A stretch of 64,000 nucleotides of DNA from Priapulus caudatus (taxonomy: Eukaryota), in NCBI RefSeq assembly GCF_000485595.1, contig NW_014577087.1, positions 653,749 through 717,748 on the forward strand. Direction: 5' to 3'. Of this stretch, positions 53,401 through 64,000 are shown piece by piece. The notes below the pieces were generated by a model that saw only the letters and a program-made list of their open reading frames with translations, was not told the DNA's origin and did no database searches. How positions within the stretch are numbered: the first letter of the stretch is position 1; each line of letters opens with the position of its first letter. The position numbers and the translations under genes were made by a program.

Positions 53401-55503
53401 CTATCGATGCAAGACCAAGCGGCTTCTTACGGGCCTGCACTATCATCGAAGTCGGCTATATGCTTGAGGTAAGAGCGCATGCATCTCTGCTCGCTCTCGC
53501 TCTCTCTCTCTCTCTCTCTCTATACATAGAAGTGAATGGCCTTGTCGGTCTGTGCCCCCCTTTTTTTTAATCAAAACTGGACTCGGACTCGGACTCGGAC
53601 TCGGGTGGTGTGGACTCGGACTCGGGTGGTGCGGACTCGGACTCGGACTCGGACACGGACTCGGACTCGGGGAGTGCGGACTCGGACTCGGACTCGGACT
53701 CGGGGGGTGCGGACTCGACTACAACACTGCTAGGGGGCCTATTATTTTTCGTGGGAACGCACATGGGGTAATACCGGCATATATAGTGACCCCCCCCCCC
53801 CCGGGAGCCCAGACTAGTCACGTTGGGAATTTCCGCTATCGCGTAATTTAAAGAAAAACCATGAAATGTTCATATCTAAAGAACTACACCAGATAGAGTA
53901 ATGTTCCATACATACTTGGGGTCTAAATACAATATTATCGCCGTTATTTACAAAAAAGTGTATTTTCTGGCAGCCATTTTGGATTTTGTGCTCTAGAAAA
54001 AAATGCTCAACACTTACGAGCTGGCATACATCAGATTTGGCATCAGCACCCTAACATCGACCAGAAATAGCAAAAAAACATTATAATATGTCGAAAAACA
54101 AGCTTATACACTATTAATATTATGACCATTACGCCTAGCCTGGACTATAAGATCCACTCACCTGGTGCAAGGATAAGTACCGTCGCGAGGATAAGTACCG
54201 TCCGTGTCGTTATTGTTGTTGACGTCGGCCCTGTGAGCACACCGCACACACCCTGGAACCTATAGGCTATGCACATGGCGATACTAGCGCCACCGCTTGT
54301 ATTGCAACGTCGGTCCATGGTCAGCTATAGCCATATAGGTGGTGAACAACAGTAGAGGGCACAAAGGCAATAGTCCATAGGCAGCAAGCCTGAATAAGCA
54401 TCGAACAGAAATTAATTAAAAATACTCACACTGTTACATCTCTTACAAAACATACACGTTATTCATGTTAAATAACTACAGATTAATGCTCTATATGCTC
54501 CACTCGAACCTTTTGACAGCTCTATGATGCGAATTTCTGCAAAGTTGTCTGAACACATTTCAAACACAAACCAATTCAAAAAACCATTTCCAACAAAAAC
54601 AAAACAATCGTGGCTACGCCACCTGACGGAATGTCACGAATACACAACAAGACCAATTTTACTTTTAGTTTTAATGCTTTCTAGACGTTCACGAGACATT
54701 TAACCTGCGTGCATAATGATCCATGATGCAAATGTAGTGTGTGCGCGCGTGCGTGCGCACGTGCAGGGTATGCGTTTTTGCGTGGTTGTGTCGGTGTATT
54801 GGGAGGGGGGGGCGTGCGTGCGTAGTATGTGTGTGTATCTGTGCGTGTCACGTGTGCGTTTTTGCGTGGTGGTGGTATGTGTGTGTGCGCGCGTGTGTTT
54901 GTGTGTGTGTGTGCGTGCGTACATGTGTGTGTGTGTGTCTGTGTCTGTGCGTGTACGTGCGTGTGTGTGTGTGTGTTCGTGCGTGTGCGCGTGCGTGCGT
55001 GCGCACGTGCGTTTTTGCGTGGTTGTTTGTGCGTGTGTCTGTGTGCGCGCATGTGTTTCTGTGTACGTGCGTGCATGTGCATGTGTTGTGTGTGTGTGTA
55101 TGTGCGTGCGTGCGTTTTTGCGTGGTTGTGTGTGTGTGTTTCTGTGTTTCTGTGCGCGTGCGTGTGTGTGCGCCCGTGCGTGTGTGTGCGCGCGTGCGTG
55201 TGTGCGCGCGTGCGTTTCTGTGTGCGTGTGCGCGCGTGTGTGTGCGCCCGTGCGTGTGTGTGCGCGCGTGCGTGTGTGCGCGCGTGCGTTTCTGTGTGCG
55301 TGTGCGCGCGTGTGTGTGCGCCCGTGCGTGTGTGTGCGCGCGTGCGTGTGTGCGCGCGTGCGTTTCTGTGTGCGTGTGCGCGCGTGTGTGTGCGCCCGTG
55401 CGTGTGTGTGCGCGCGTGCGTGTGTGCGCGCGTGCGTTTCTGTGTGCGTGTGCGCGCGTGTGTGTGCGCCCGTGCGTGNNNNNNNNNNNNNNNNNNNNNN
55501 NNN

Positions 55504-55543
<40 letters not shown>

Positions 55544-55834
55544 GTGTGCTACAGCCAGTTTTACAGAGCAATCCACAAAGCAGAATCAAGGCCACGTGAA
55601 ATCTATTTTGATCAGCATTTCCCCTTGCTTTTCTCGTGACAGGTGAAAGCATTATTTGAAGGATTCTTTGGTAAGGATATTTGGCTTTTTGCACGCGTGC
55701 CTGTAATAGTCGGCTCACCGGCAAACGAACGAGTGCCGCCGGCCCTCAGAAAGAATAACCACGACAACAACAACGCCGTCGACGACACCGGTGGTGGAAA
55801 TACACGAGCGGGACAAAAAACACAATTTAATTGA
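50440..55834 (+). CDS. Arrestin domain-containing protein (alpha-arrestin), 6 exons, about 365 aa
   Basis: Exons 50440-50596, 50879-51022 (GC donor), 51543-51772, 52613-52792, 53274-53468 and 55643-55834 join in one frame. Arrestin_N motifs [30 protein letters not shown] and [28 protein letters not shown]; Arrestin_C motifs [24 protein letters not shown] and [12 protein letters not shown]. Confidence 0.9.
54730..55540. repeat. GT/GC-rich microsatellite-minisatellite (noisy duplicate at about 45255-45940)
   Basis: (GT)n/(GCGT)n array with a higher-order unit of about 70 bp; ends at an N gap. Confidence 0.9.
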
Positions 55835-56394
55835 AAAAAGTACCGAGGGTTTTTCGTAAAGCATACGCACGCCGTGTAAATGCGTTTATTCTGCATCTAT
55901 ATATCGTCGTGCCTTATCGTATATTACAATATAGCTTGCGTTTGATGAGAGCTAATGAGAGAACGGGAAAAGAGAGATGGGGGCTATGGAGCAGAAAGCG
56001 AGGAAGGTAGATAGACAGATTGAGAGGGTAAGCGCGAAGGAAGAGGTTTAGCCACATGCACCTTGTGTGAAATAGCAGTATACACAAAGTCAATAAAAGA
56101 TTGAAAACAAATATATGTGTCTATTTTTCATGTGTGTACTCCTAACGTTTACTGATAATTTGCTGCCAGACCGCCTGATGGAGAGTGTATCGTTGAGTAA
56201 AAATGATTGGGTATTTATGAAAACTTTTGCAGTAGCTACTCGTCCGATGGAACGTATAAGAAACCTCGCTGATATTTCATAGCGGTTTGCGTTTTCTCTA
56301 AATCTGTATACAAATAAACCATTTCTATTCAGCTACTCTCATCTTGTACGGGTTTTCAGTTAGCTGTTCGCTAATATGTTCTATATTTAGTATA

Positions 56395-56610
56395 TTCAGA
56401 TGACACCTTTGTGAGATGTATTCATATTACGCACCTACTAATATTATCGTTAAACAATAGATTCTGATGACGCCTATGTGATATGTATTCATATTACGCA
56501 CCTACTAATATTATCATTATACAATAGATTCAGATAATACATAAGTGAGATGTATTTATGTTAGCCACCTACTAATATTTCTCCTATGCTGTTGATTCAA
56601 ATGATACCCA
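56395..56610. repeat. About 67-bp tandem repeat (about 3 units) between the arrestin genes
   Basis: GTGAGATGTATTCATATTACGCACCTACTAATATTATC.. recurs at 56411, 56478 and 56545. Confidence 0.8.
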
Positions 56611-57282
56611 TATATAAATTGTGCGATGCACGTTATGCGGAGATTTCCAACGCTACCCCATAATTAACACTATACCGCTAATTTGACATTTACCTCGCCG
56701 TTTAAGTTGATCTAGGCCGTGTTAAACGTTTAACACCAGTAACGTAACGTGGTTTGGCCTCAACCGGGGTACGTGTACCTTGCTCTTCGATCTCCTCGCT
56801 ACGTGGCTATGACTACGATATCGATTACGGTGCCTAGAATAGGGCTTCCGCTTGCAGCGAGTGCGCCGCACACACGCAGAAAGTGAGAGTGCATACCAAA
56901 GAGCAAGGATTGCGTACGGGGTAGGGTGGAGGGGCGAAGGTTACTGATGCATAGCAACTACTATAGATTATCCGCTCTGTAGTTTGTTTGTTGATGGTGA
57001 TGTAAGCGCAGCGGCTTATAATGAACCCATGGACGCGCGACGGCGGCCATTTATCGTCTTTTCGAATTAACTGTTGCGAAGCGCGCGCTCGCGCGAGGTT
57101 CGGTTCAGAGATACGCAGACGAACGAAGACTCCGTCGCGCGCTTGTGAGATACAACAACACTTGTCGCACACAACGGTGACGTCAGCGCGCACCTACTTA
57201 CACGCCCATCTCGTTAATACAAGCGCTAGTTGCATGCACGCATGTATGCGCTCCCGATGTAAAGTCGGCACTAGTAATCGTA

Positions 57283-57485
57283 ATGCATCCGAAGCAGTTT
57301 GCTATCAATCTGACTGAGACAGCATCGGAGACGTCGCCCCAGCAGACGATACCAGCTTATAAAGCCGGTAACGTCATCTCCGGGCATGTTCTCATCGAAC
57401 TAGAAAGCCCGCTTGAAATGAGAGGTAAGAGTGGCAGTGACATTTTTATGTAGTCGTTTGTTTATATGTTTATTTGTTTATTCGT

Positions 57486-57524
<39 letters not shown>

Positions 57525-60500
57525 ATTCAGTTATTTACTTATTTATTTAGTTATTTATTCATTTTTATTTACTTACATTTTATTTACTGCATTTAAGTTT
57601 ACATTATTGGTGTTTGTGCACTTTTTGCCACTTTCCCAAAACAGGCGCAGAGATGCTAATTTCGCATGCATATATGTATAATGTGTCTTATGAACTACGC
57701 ACCTGTAACTCCCAGTAGGTGACGTAGTAATAACGATAGAATGCCATGTATATTCATTGCCAATAGATTGTATAGAATGTCATACATTATACTATGGCTC
57801 CTATATTATGATGATATGGGGGTCACTTGTCAGAAACAAAATTACTCTTAACATTTATCTAAAAATTAAATTTTATGTAAGACTGGACCTCTATGTACTA
57901 GGCCTACGTATGAGAATCTCGTACCTTTGTCCTGTTTTCAGCAACAGTCTACGAGAAAATGCTAATATTAAAACAAATTTTGTTTCTGACAACGGGTTCC
58001 TGGCTATTGGCTGGGGCACTCATGTATAGGTTGGCCTTTGGTATCACACGCTGAGAATATTATTATCGCTATGATCAGGATTGATTAAAAACAAAATTGT
58101 TTTTATTCACTCCTAATTTTGGTTTTATTCAAGATTTGTTTTCACCGCCTTCTGATACAATAGTATTTCTCGATATCATGTGGTAATTCACTAGCTCCTC
58201 CTGAATTTTTATTCACTTAGGCGTACGGCTTCAAATAAAGGGCGATGCGTGGGTGCAATGGAGAGAGGGGTACGATAAGAAATCCAAGGACTACAGCAGC
58301 AAAGAAATTTACTTCGACCATAAGATGACCTTGTGGGGAAAAGGTGTGTAGTGAAGCGCATATGAAAACAATCGCTTGTTTCACTTATTTGACAATGTTT
58401 GATATCATATCAATACTTAACAAGGCTTTTTCTCCAAAAGGATAAAATTTCGTTGAACATTGCTTGGTCAGTGGCCAACATTAAGGTTGTATACACGCTT
58501 ATGTAAGCAATAGTCAGTATTACGTATTGGAAAACACAATGACAACAGGAGTTGCTATAATATATAAGTACGGAATATGAACGCGGATGTGTGTATTACC
58601 CATATTATACATATATATACATATACGTATATACACATGTGTATAAATAAATAAATAAAGGTATATTTGCTATATCAATTTTTATCTATCTCTGCATGAA
58701 AGCCTCTAATCACCTGGAAGAAATCCGAAGACGAAGCAGGCAGCGCCGCCTATCAACATGGCGCCGCTCATGGTGACCTTGCGACCAAGATACGCCATCG
58801 ATGGAATACACTGCAACAGTGAGAGTGTAACGAAGGCGTGTAGAAGGAAGAATAAGAGCAAGAGTAAGAAAGAGGGCAGTAGAGAGGAGGAGAAGGAAGA
58901 CGAAGGAAAGGTTGAGGAGGAGGAGGAAACAGATGATGTGTAGTGGTGGTTGATGGGAGGATGGTAGAGGAGGAGGAGGAGGAGGAGGAGGAGGAGGAGG
59001 AGGAGGAGNNNNNNNNNNTTGCCATAACACTGTGGCGTTTAGCAACTTCTATTGAATACAGAAGTCTAGGTCACATCTTTGGAGTCGGAAAAAGTACTGT
59101 GTGTCAGATTGTCAATGAAGTCTGCCTTGTGATACAAGAAGATCTTTTCCCTGAGTTTGTTTGTATTCCGCGCGATGCCAGGCTTAAAGAAACCATGCGG
59201 ATTTTCGAGGACAATTGGGGGTTTCCGCAAGTGTTCGGGGCAGTGGATGGGTCGCATATACCAATTTTGTCGCCACAGGACAATCCGAATGATTATTTTA
59301 ACCGAAAGGGTTGGCACAGTTTGAACATCCAAGCAGTTGTCGACCCGAACTACATGTTTATTGACTTAAATGTTGGGTGGCCTGGCAGTGTTCATGACGC
59401 GAGAATACTAGGAACATCATCATTTTACCGCAAAGCAGAACAGGGCATCCTTGTTGAAAATCTGAAACAAACTATTAATAATGTTGATATCCCTCCATTA
59501 ATTCTCGGAGATCCTGCTTACCCTCTGCTACCTTGGCTTATGAAGCCGTATCCTGTTAATGCGAAAACTAATCGGGCCGAGAAACACTTTAACTATCGCC
59601 TGAGTCGTGCACGGGTAGTAGTCGAAAATGCTTTTGGGCGACTCAAAGGACGATGGCGAATTCTACTGAAACGGGTAGACTGTCATTTGGATAATATTCC
59701 GTGTACTTACTATCCATTAAATCCTCTTCCTGCTCATTGGATTGGTCATCCTCCACTACTGCCTCAGCCGATGACGATTCCAGCAACGCTGGTGGGTTCA
59801 TGCAAGGACGCCTTCCCAATACTTCGTCCAGATCATTAAAGTAGCTGCACGTTGTGCGCGCTCTTCCCGATCTGTTGTTGTTATCAACAACTTTCTTGTA
59901 CGTGTTTCTTAATCTCTTGAGGCGATTACTCACTTGCAGAATAGATTTTATTATGATCCCTCGCATTGCCAGTTTTTCTGCGATGTCTTGATAGACTACT
60001 CGATTTCTCGATGTCCCCGTTAGTTGTTCATGAATAAAATCAGTTTTCCAGATCTCCAAAAGAGCGACGTTCTCCTCGTGTAACCATAGTTTTGCTCTTT
60101 GTTTGGCCATTTATATATTTATACTAGTATATTAGTGAAAATACTGAAATGTGTAGATCGAAACTGTTGTTATTGTGACTATAGGCAATGCCCGTTAAGG
60201 TGGTCAGAACTTTGACTAACAAAATGCTCTACCTTTAAGAAACATTGTAAAAACAATGTATAAAATTTCTCTGATTAGATTTAGATGGAGCCCCTTTGGT
60301 TATACATTGTTGTTTTTTTACATTGCGATTGTGTTTTCGTGTTGTGACGTACTAATTCCGACCCGAGTCGCGCGTTCACACGGCAAAAATGAACCAGGAC
60401 TCGAGTCGTTTTCGACCCGAGTCGTTTTCGAACCGAGAAAACGTCCGTGTGAACGCTCGTCCCGGGACGCATTTGACACGGGTCGTTTTCGACCCGAGTT

Positions 60501-63378
60501 CCTTCGCATCGTGTGAACGCGGCTATAGTCATAGTAGTGTCTAGTGTGGTAGTTATAGCATATGGCTGCTACAGAATTATAGTGGATATAGTAGTGCAGT
60601 AGTTATAGTATTTTTTTATTTATCTAGCTCGTATAGTAGTATATATAGCACTATACATATTAGATGTAGTATATACAGCTGTTAAAATAGCATAGTAGCA
60701 GGAGTAAATAATCACAATTTTGTTATTGACACACATTCATTTTACTCATGATAGTAGTTATAAACTAGAGCACTCATGCAGAGAGCGCAGATCTCCGCCA
60801 AGGCAGCTCAATTCTGTCACTGTAAAACAATTAATTAATTAATTAATTAATTAATTAAATAATTAATTAGATCCGGACCACCAAAATGTAATCAATTCTA
60901 AGTAACCCCATTTCTGACCTATCCTGAAAATTTAATTAATTAATTAATTAATTAATTGGATCCGGATGACCACCAAAATGTAATCAATACTAAGTTAGCC
61001 CATTTCTGACCGATCCTGAAAATTATATGACAATCCGTCCATAACTTTTTTAGTTAGGCTGTATACAAACAAACCCACAAACCAACAAACACACGCCGAT
61101 GAAAACATAACCTCCTGCCAACCTCTTGGCGGAGGTCAATATAGCTGTCATAATAGTATGTAGTGTTATAGTAGTATAGTAGTTATAGTATATAGCTGTT
61201 ATGATAGTATGTAGCGTTGTAACAGCATAGTAATTATTTTTGTAGTATTGCTGTTTCTGCTCCGAGAGATCACAAAATTGCGTTTACACTTTATATACAT
61301 GGCAGCATGATACATAACATGCACATTAGCACAGATAGTATACGCTTCCACAAATCGTATATATATAACATCATATATACATTAACATTACATTAACACA
61401 TTATAAGCTTACACGAATAATAAATATAGCATAATACGTCATACGTCATGCATCATACACATTACATTAACACATTATAAGCTTACACGAATAATAAATA
61501 TAGCATAATACGTCATACGTCATGCATCATACGTCACCATACATTAACACAGCTAATATAAGATTATACTGACAATAAATTTGACATCATACATTAACAC
61601 AGATAGATGTGGTATAAAAAATAATCAAAAATAGGCGTTGCATCAAAGAGAGATAAAGATGTTATATCATGATATAACACGTCAAATAATGAGCTTTTGT
61701 TGGCATTTTATGATACAAGACCACATGTAGGCCTATGTAGGGTGTCTAACGCATTTTCCTTTTGCTATGCATCTTTTGTCGAATGGCTCTTAGACTATCG
61801 GAAGTGTTTGGCTTGGCTGGGCATTATTGGTAGCGCTCTCGAGACTACTTATACCTCGTACAGACTACGAATTTGATATATATATGGTACTAAACTAGCG
61901 CGCCTTAGACGCGCGTATAACGCGCGCTAAAAAAAATTGCAGTGTGTACACGCTATCCCGCTCCAAATACGCGCTGGCCCGTACCAAGGTGGCCCCCCTT
62001 ACGAAGCAGGGCTCTCTTGGTGCGCACCAAGTTATCCCGCTCTAACTCTGTGTCTGTACGCAATCGGTGCCTAACGCGTGCTAAGTTTCGCAATGCGTAT
62101 TTATTATACTCCTGTCGCAGGGGTATAATATACCACGCTCGCTCGCTCGCTCGCTCGCACGCACGTTCGCTGTGCCTCACTGTCTACGGGGTGACGTGGC
62201 GAGCAGGGAACTGAGCGGTGGGAGAATTGATGACTCGTTTAGCCCGCTTCAGAGTTTTGTGTCTGTACGCTCCTAGTTAGCGCGCGTTAGACGCGCGTCT
62301 GACGCGCGTTAAAATTCGTAGTCTGTACGGGGTATTAAATTTATACTAGCACGCGTAGCGATTTAATGAAGCTGCTACTATTGCGGTAGTCCTGAGTAAC
62401 AAGCGTTCTCGAGTGACATCACAACAAGCGATCGAATAAGGAAGACGACGTCACAGCTCATCACGTGATAGTCATTCGAGCTATAGCACGTTGATGTCGT
62501 GCGATCAATTAATTCCCGTGACCCGTGACGTCCCACAGGGATATGAACGTCGTCTCGTATATACGTGTTATTGAACAAGTGACACGTCTTACCTGTCTTC
62601 CACGTTGCAGACGACCAATGTAAATTAACACGTAACAAAAAACGTTACACGTAACATCGTAACATGTAATTTGGACGCCCACTTCAGAAAATCGTGACAT
62701 TCTAACAAAAGGATTTACATTACGTTGTGTTTGCATCGCGAGAATGGCATCGGAACCCGACCCTAAGAACCAGGCAGTTTAACTAGGCGCCACTATACGC
62801 GCCACTAGGAAAGAAACTCGGCTGTTTTGACTCATTTTGACACGTACACAGATTAGTTTGCGGAGCTGTACGCTAGCGACATACAGCTCAACGAGGACGT
62901 GTTATGTTGCCGTGGCATCCAAACAGTCGCGCGCGCTAATAACCCACGCAGCGGGGAATTAATATTTGACGCGCCTCCACGAAGGAAACCTAAATTGCGC
63001 GCATTGTCGGGGCCTGTGCATGCATAATTAACGGACAGCCGCCGCACATCTCATCATGGATGCGTCTTTGTTATACAGCGAACCTCCTGCATATCGTTAT
63101 ATCGTACTATAGATTGTTAGATATCTTAGATCGTTAGATACAGGTCACACACTACGTGGTGATATATAAATAGTACTATATATATATATTATAGTATATA
63201 TTATCTATAATATCATAATTAGTTGTAATATTCTCGGTTGTAGTTACTGGTGTGTATGTGTTCGTACGTACTGCGCGGTATGCGTCATGCGTGTGATGCT
63301 TGTGTGTTGTGTGCTGTGGTGTGGTGTGTTGTGGTGTGTGTGTGTGTTGTGCGTGCGTGCGTGCTGCGCCGTGCGTGC

Positions 63379-63410
<32 letters not shown>

Positions 63411-63656
63411 CTGTGTATGTGTGCGTGTGTGTGCCTATCATATCTATGATACCCCTGTGTACCTTGCATGCAGTTACCGGTCGAAGAATCGAATGAGTTG
63501 ATCCTATGCTGTTGGTGCTGCCGGACTGGACCAATCAATATCAAGGCCTCCGTCCAGAAAACTGGATTTAGTCCGGGAGAGAAGATAACGGTGGAAACAG
63601 TTGTCACTAACGGGAGCACTCGTGGCGTGACGGCTTGCCTAATGGCTCTGAAAATG
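57283..63656 (+). CDS. Second arrestin domain-containing protein (partial; exon 3 not found, 3' exons beyond window)
   Basis: Exons 57283-57424 (MHPKQFAINL...YKAGNVISGHVLIELESPLEMRG), 58221-58343 (VRLQIKGDAWVQWREG...EIYFDHKMTLWGK) and 63474-63656 (LILCCWCCRTGPINIKASVQKTGFSPGEKITVETVVTNGS). Intron positions and phases match the upstream paralog. Confidence 0.82.
58999..59700 (+). CDS. PIF/Harbinger DDE transposase (HARBI1-like), 5' end lost in gap, 3' truncated
   Basis: AITLWRLAT..YRSLGHIFGVGKSTV, GAVDGSHIPI, YFNRKGWHSLNIQAVVD, GWPGSVHDARI, LGDPAYPL and FNYRLSRARVVVENAFGRLKGRWRIL, which include the D-D-E triad. Confidence 0.9.
59711..60110 (-). CDS. Myb/SANT-like (trihelix) DNA-binding protein of the Harbinger element, first exon
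   Basis: MAKQRAKLWLHEENVALLEIW...RNRVVYQDIAEKL...QVSNRLKRLRNTYKK...SG..RTTCSYFNDLDEVLG. It is convergent with the transposase, and a likely GTAAGT donor sits at about 59710. Confidence 0.8.
60764..61137 (-). mobile_element. Second HINE-like copy
   Basis: Reverse-complement match to 48853-49186, with a duplicated internal (TAAT)n/GATCCGGA segment. Confidence 0.6.
61852..62334. mobile_element. Harbinger/Tourist-type MITE with the same TIR family (TTA TSD)
   Basis: TTA|TACCTCGTACAGACTACGAATTT ... AAATTCGTAGTCTGTACGGGGTA|TTA. Confidence 0.75.
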
Positions 63657-64000
63657 GTAAACCCTTTTTGGAGGCTCTGATATATATATAAATATATTAT
63701 ATTAAATCTATGCATAGATCAGGTATCCCAGGCAGGTTCGGCTCTTGGGCAAAGCGAGCGCAGCGGCCTCTTGCGGCCTCACGTTTTGGCGCTTCGCATA
63801 AAAACGAACGTAGATTGATTCTTGTATGGTATAATTTTGTAAATAAGTGGGGGAAAATTCACTAATTGAAGAGTAATTGTCTGCATTACTGTTTTATTTG
63901 TAACAGTCTATCATACCCGTACAGCGAACTTTGGAAATTGCACAGTTATACAGTATAACAGTTGGGAAAAGAAGGGTCGCGCACCGTAAAACCTAATTTC

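Larger units (their letters stand above)
58999..60524. mobile_element. Internally deleted Harbinger transposon in intron 2 of the second arrestin gene
   Basis: Transposase + Myb ORF pair; right terminus ...CGTGTGAACGCGGCT at 60524 with subterminal (T)CGACCCGAG repeats at 60360-60500. The left terminus was not seen. Confidence 0.75.

Noticed and set aside
58700..58988. Glu/Lys-rich ORF as the N-terminus of the transposase or the missing arrestin exon
   Set aside because: Low-complexity (GAG)n sequence separated from the transposase by an N gap; no recognisable motifs, and the frame across the gap is unknowable.

Overview
Eukaryotic (animal, probably invertebrate) genomic DNA with spliced genes, many DNA-transposon derivatives, N gaps and noisy, apparently long-read-filled segments. 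I reconstructed four genes by hand from splice sites and frame continuity. (1) A 22-exon UNC-45 myosin chaperone gene (+, 2091-31158, about 926 aa). Its middle (about 12.7-25.7 kb) is scrambled by inverted and duplicated copies, most likely a misassembly. (2) A convergent 3-exon NADPH-dependent FMN reductase/azoreductase-like gene (-, 35524-32278). (3, 4) Two tandem alpha-arrestin (arrestin-domain) genes (+, 50440-55834 complete, with a GC-AG intron; 57283->63656 partial). Mobile DNA includes a degenerate Academ-type element (TAG...CTA ends, TAA TSD, XPG-like nuclease plus Cys-rich finger) with nested insertions, a Harbinger element (DDE transposase plus Myb/SANT ORF), Harbinger MITEs, 9-bp-TSD MITEs with (TTAGGG)n cores, and Helentron-like HINEs. 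The most unusual pattern is recurrent tandem repeats that multiply real splice sites: 17 donors after UNC-45 exon 3, 4-6 donors after reductase exon 2, and about 13 acceptor units before the last UNC-45 exon. There is no CRISPR array and no prokaryotic system.
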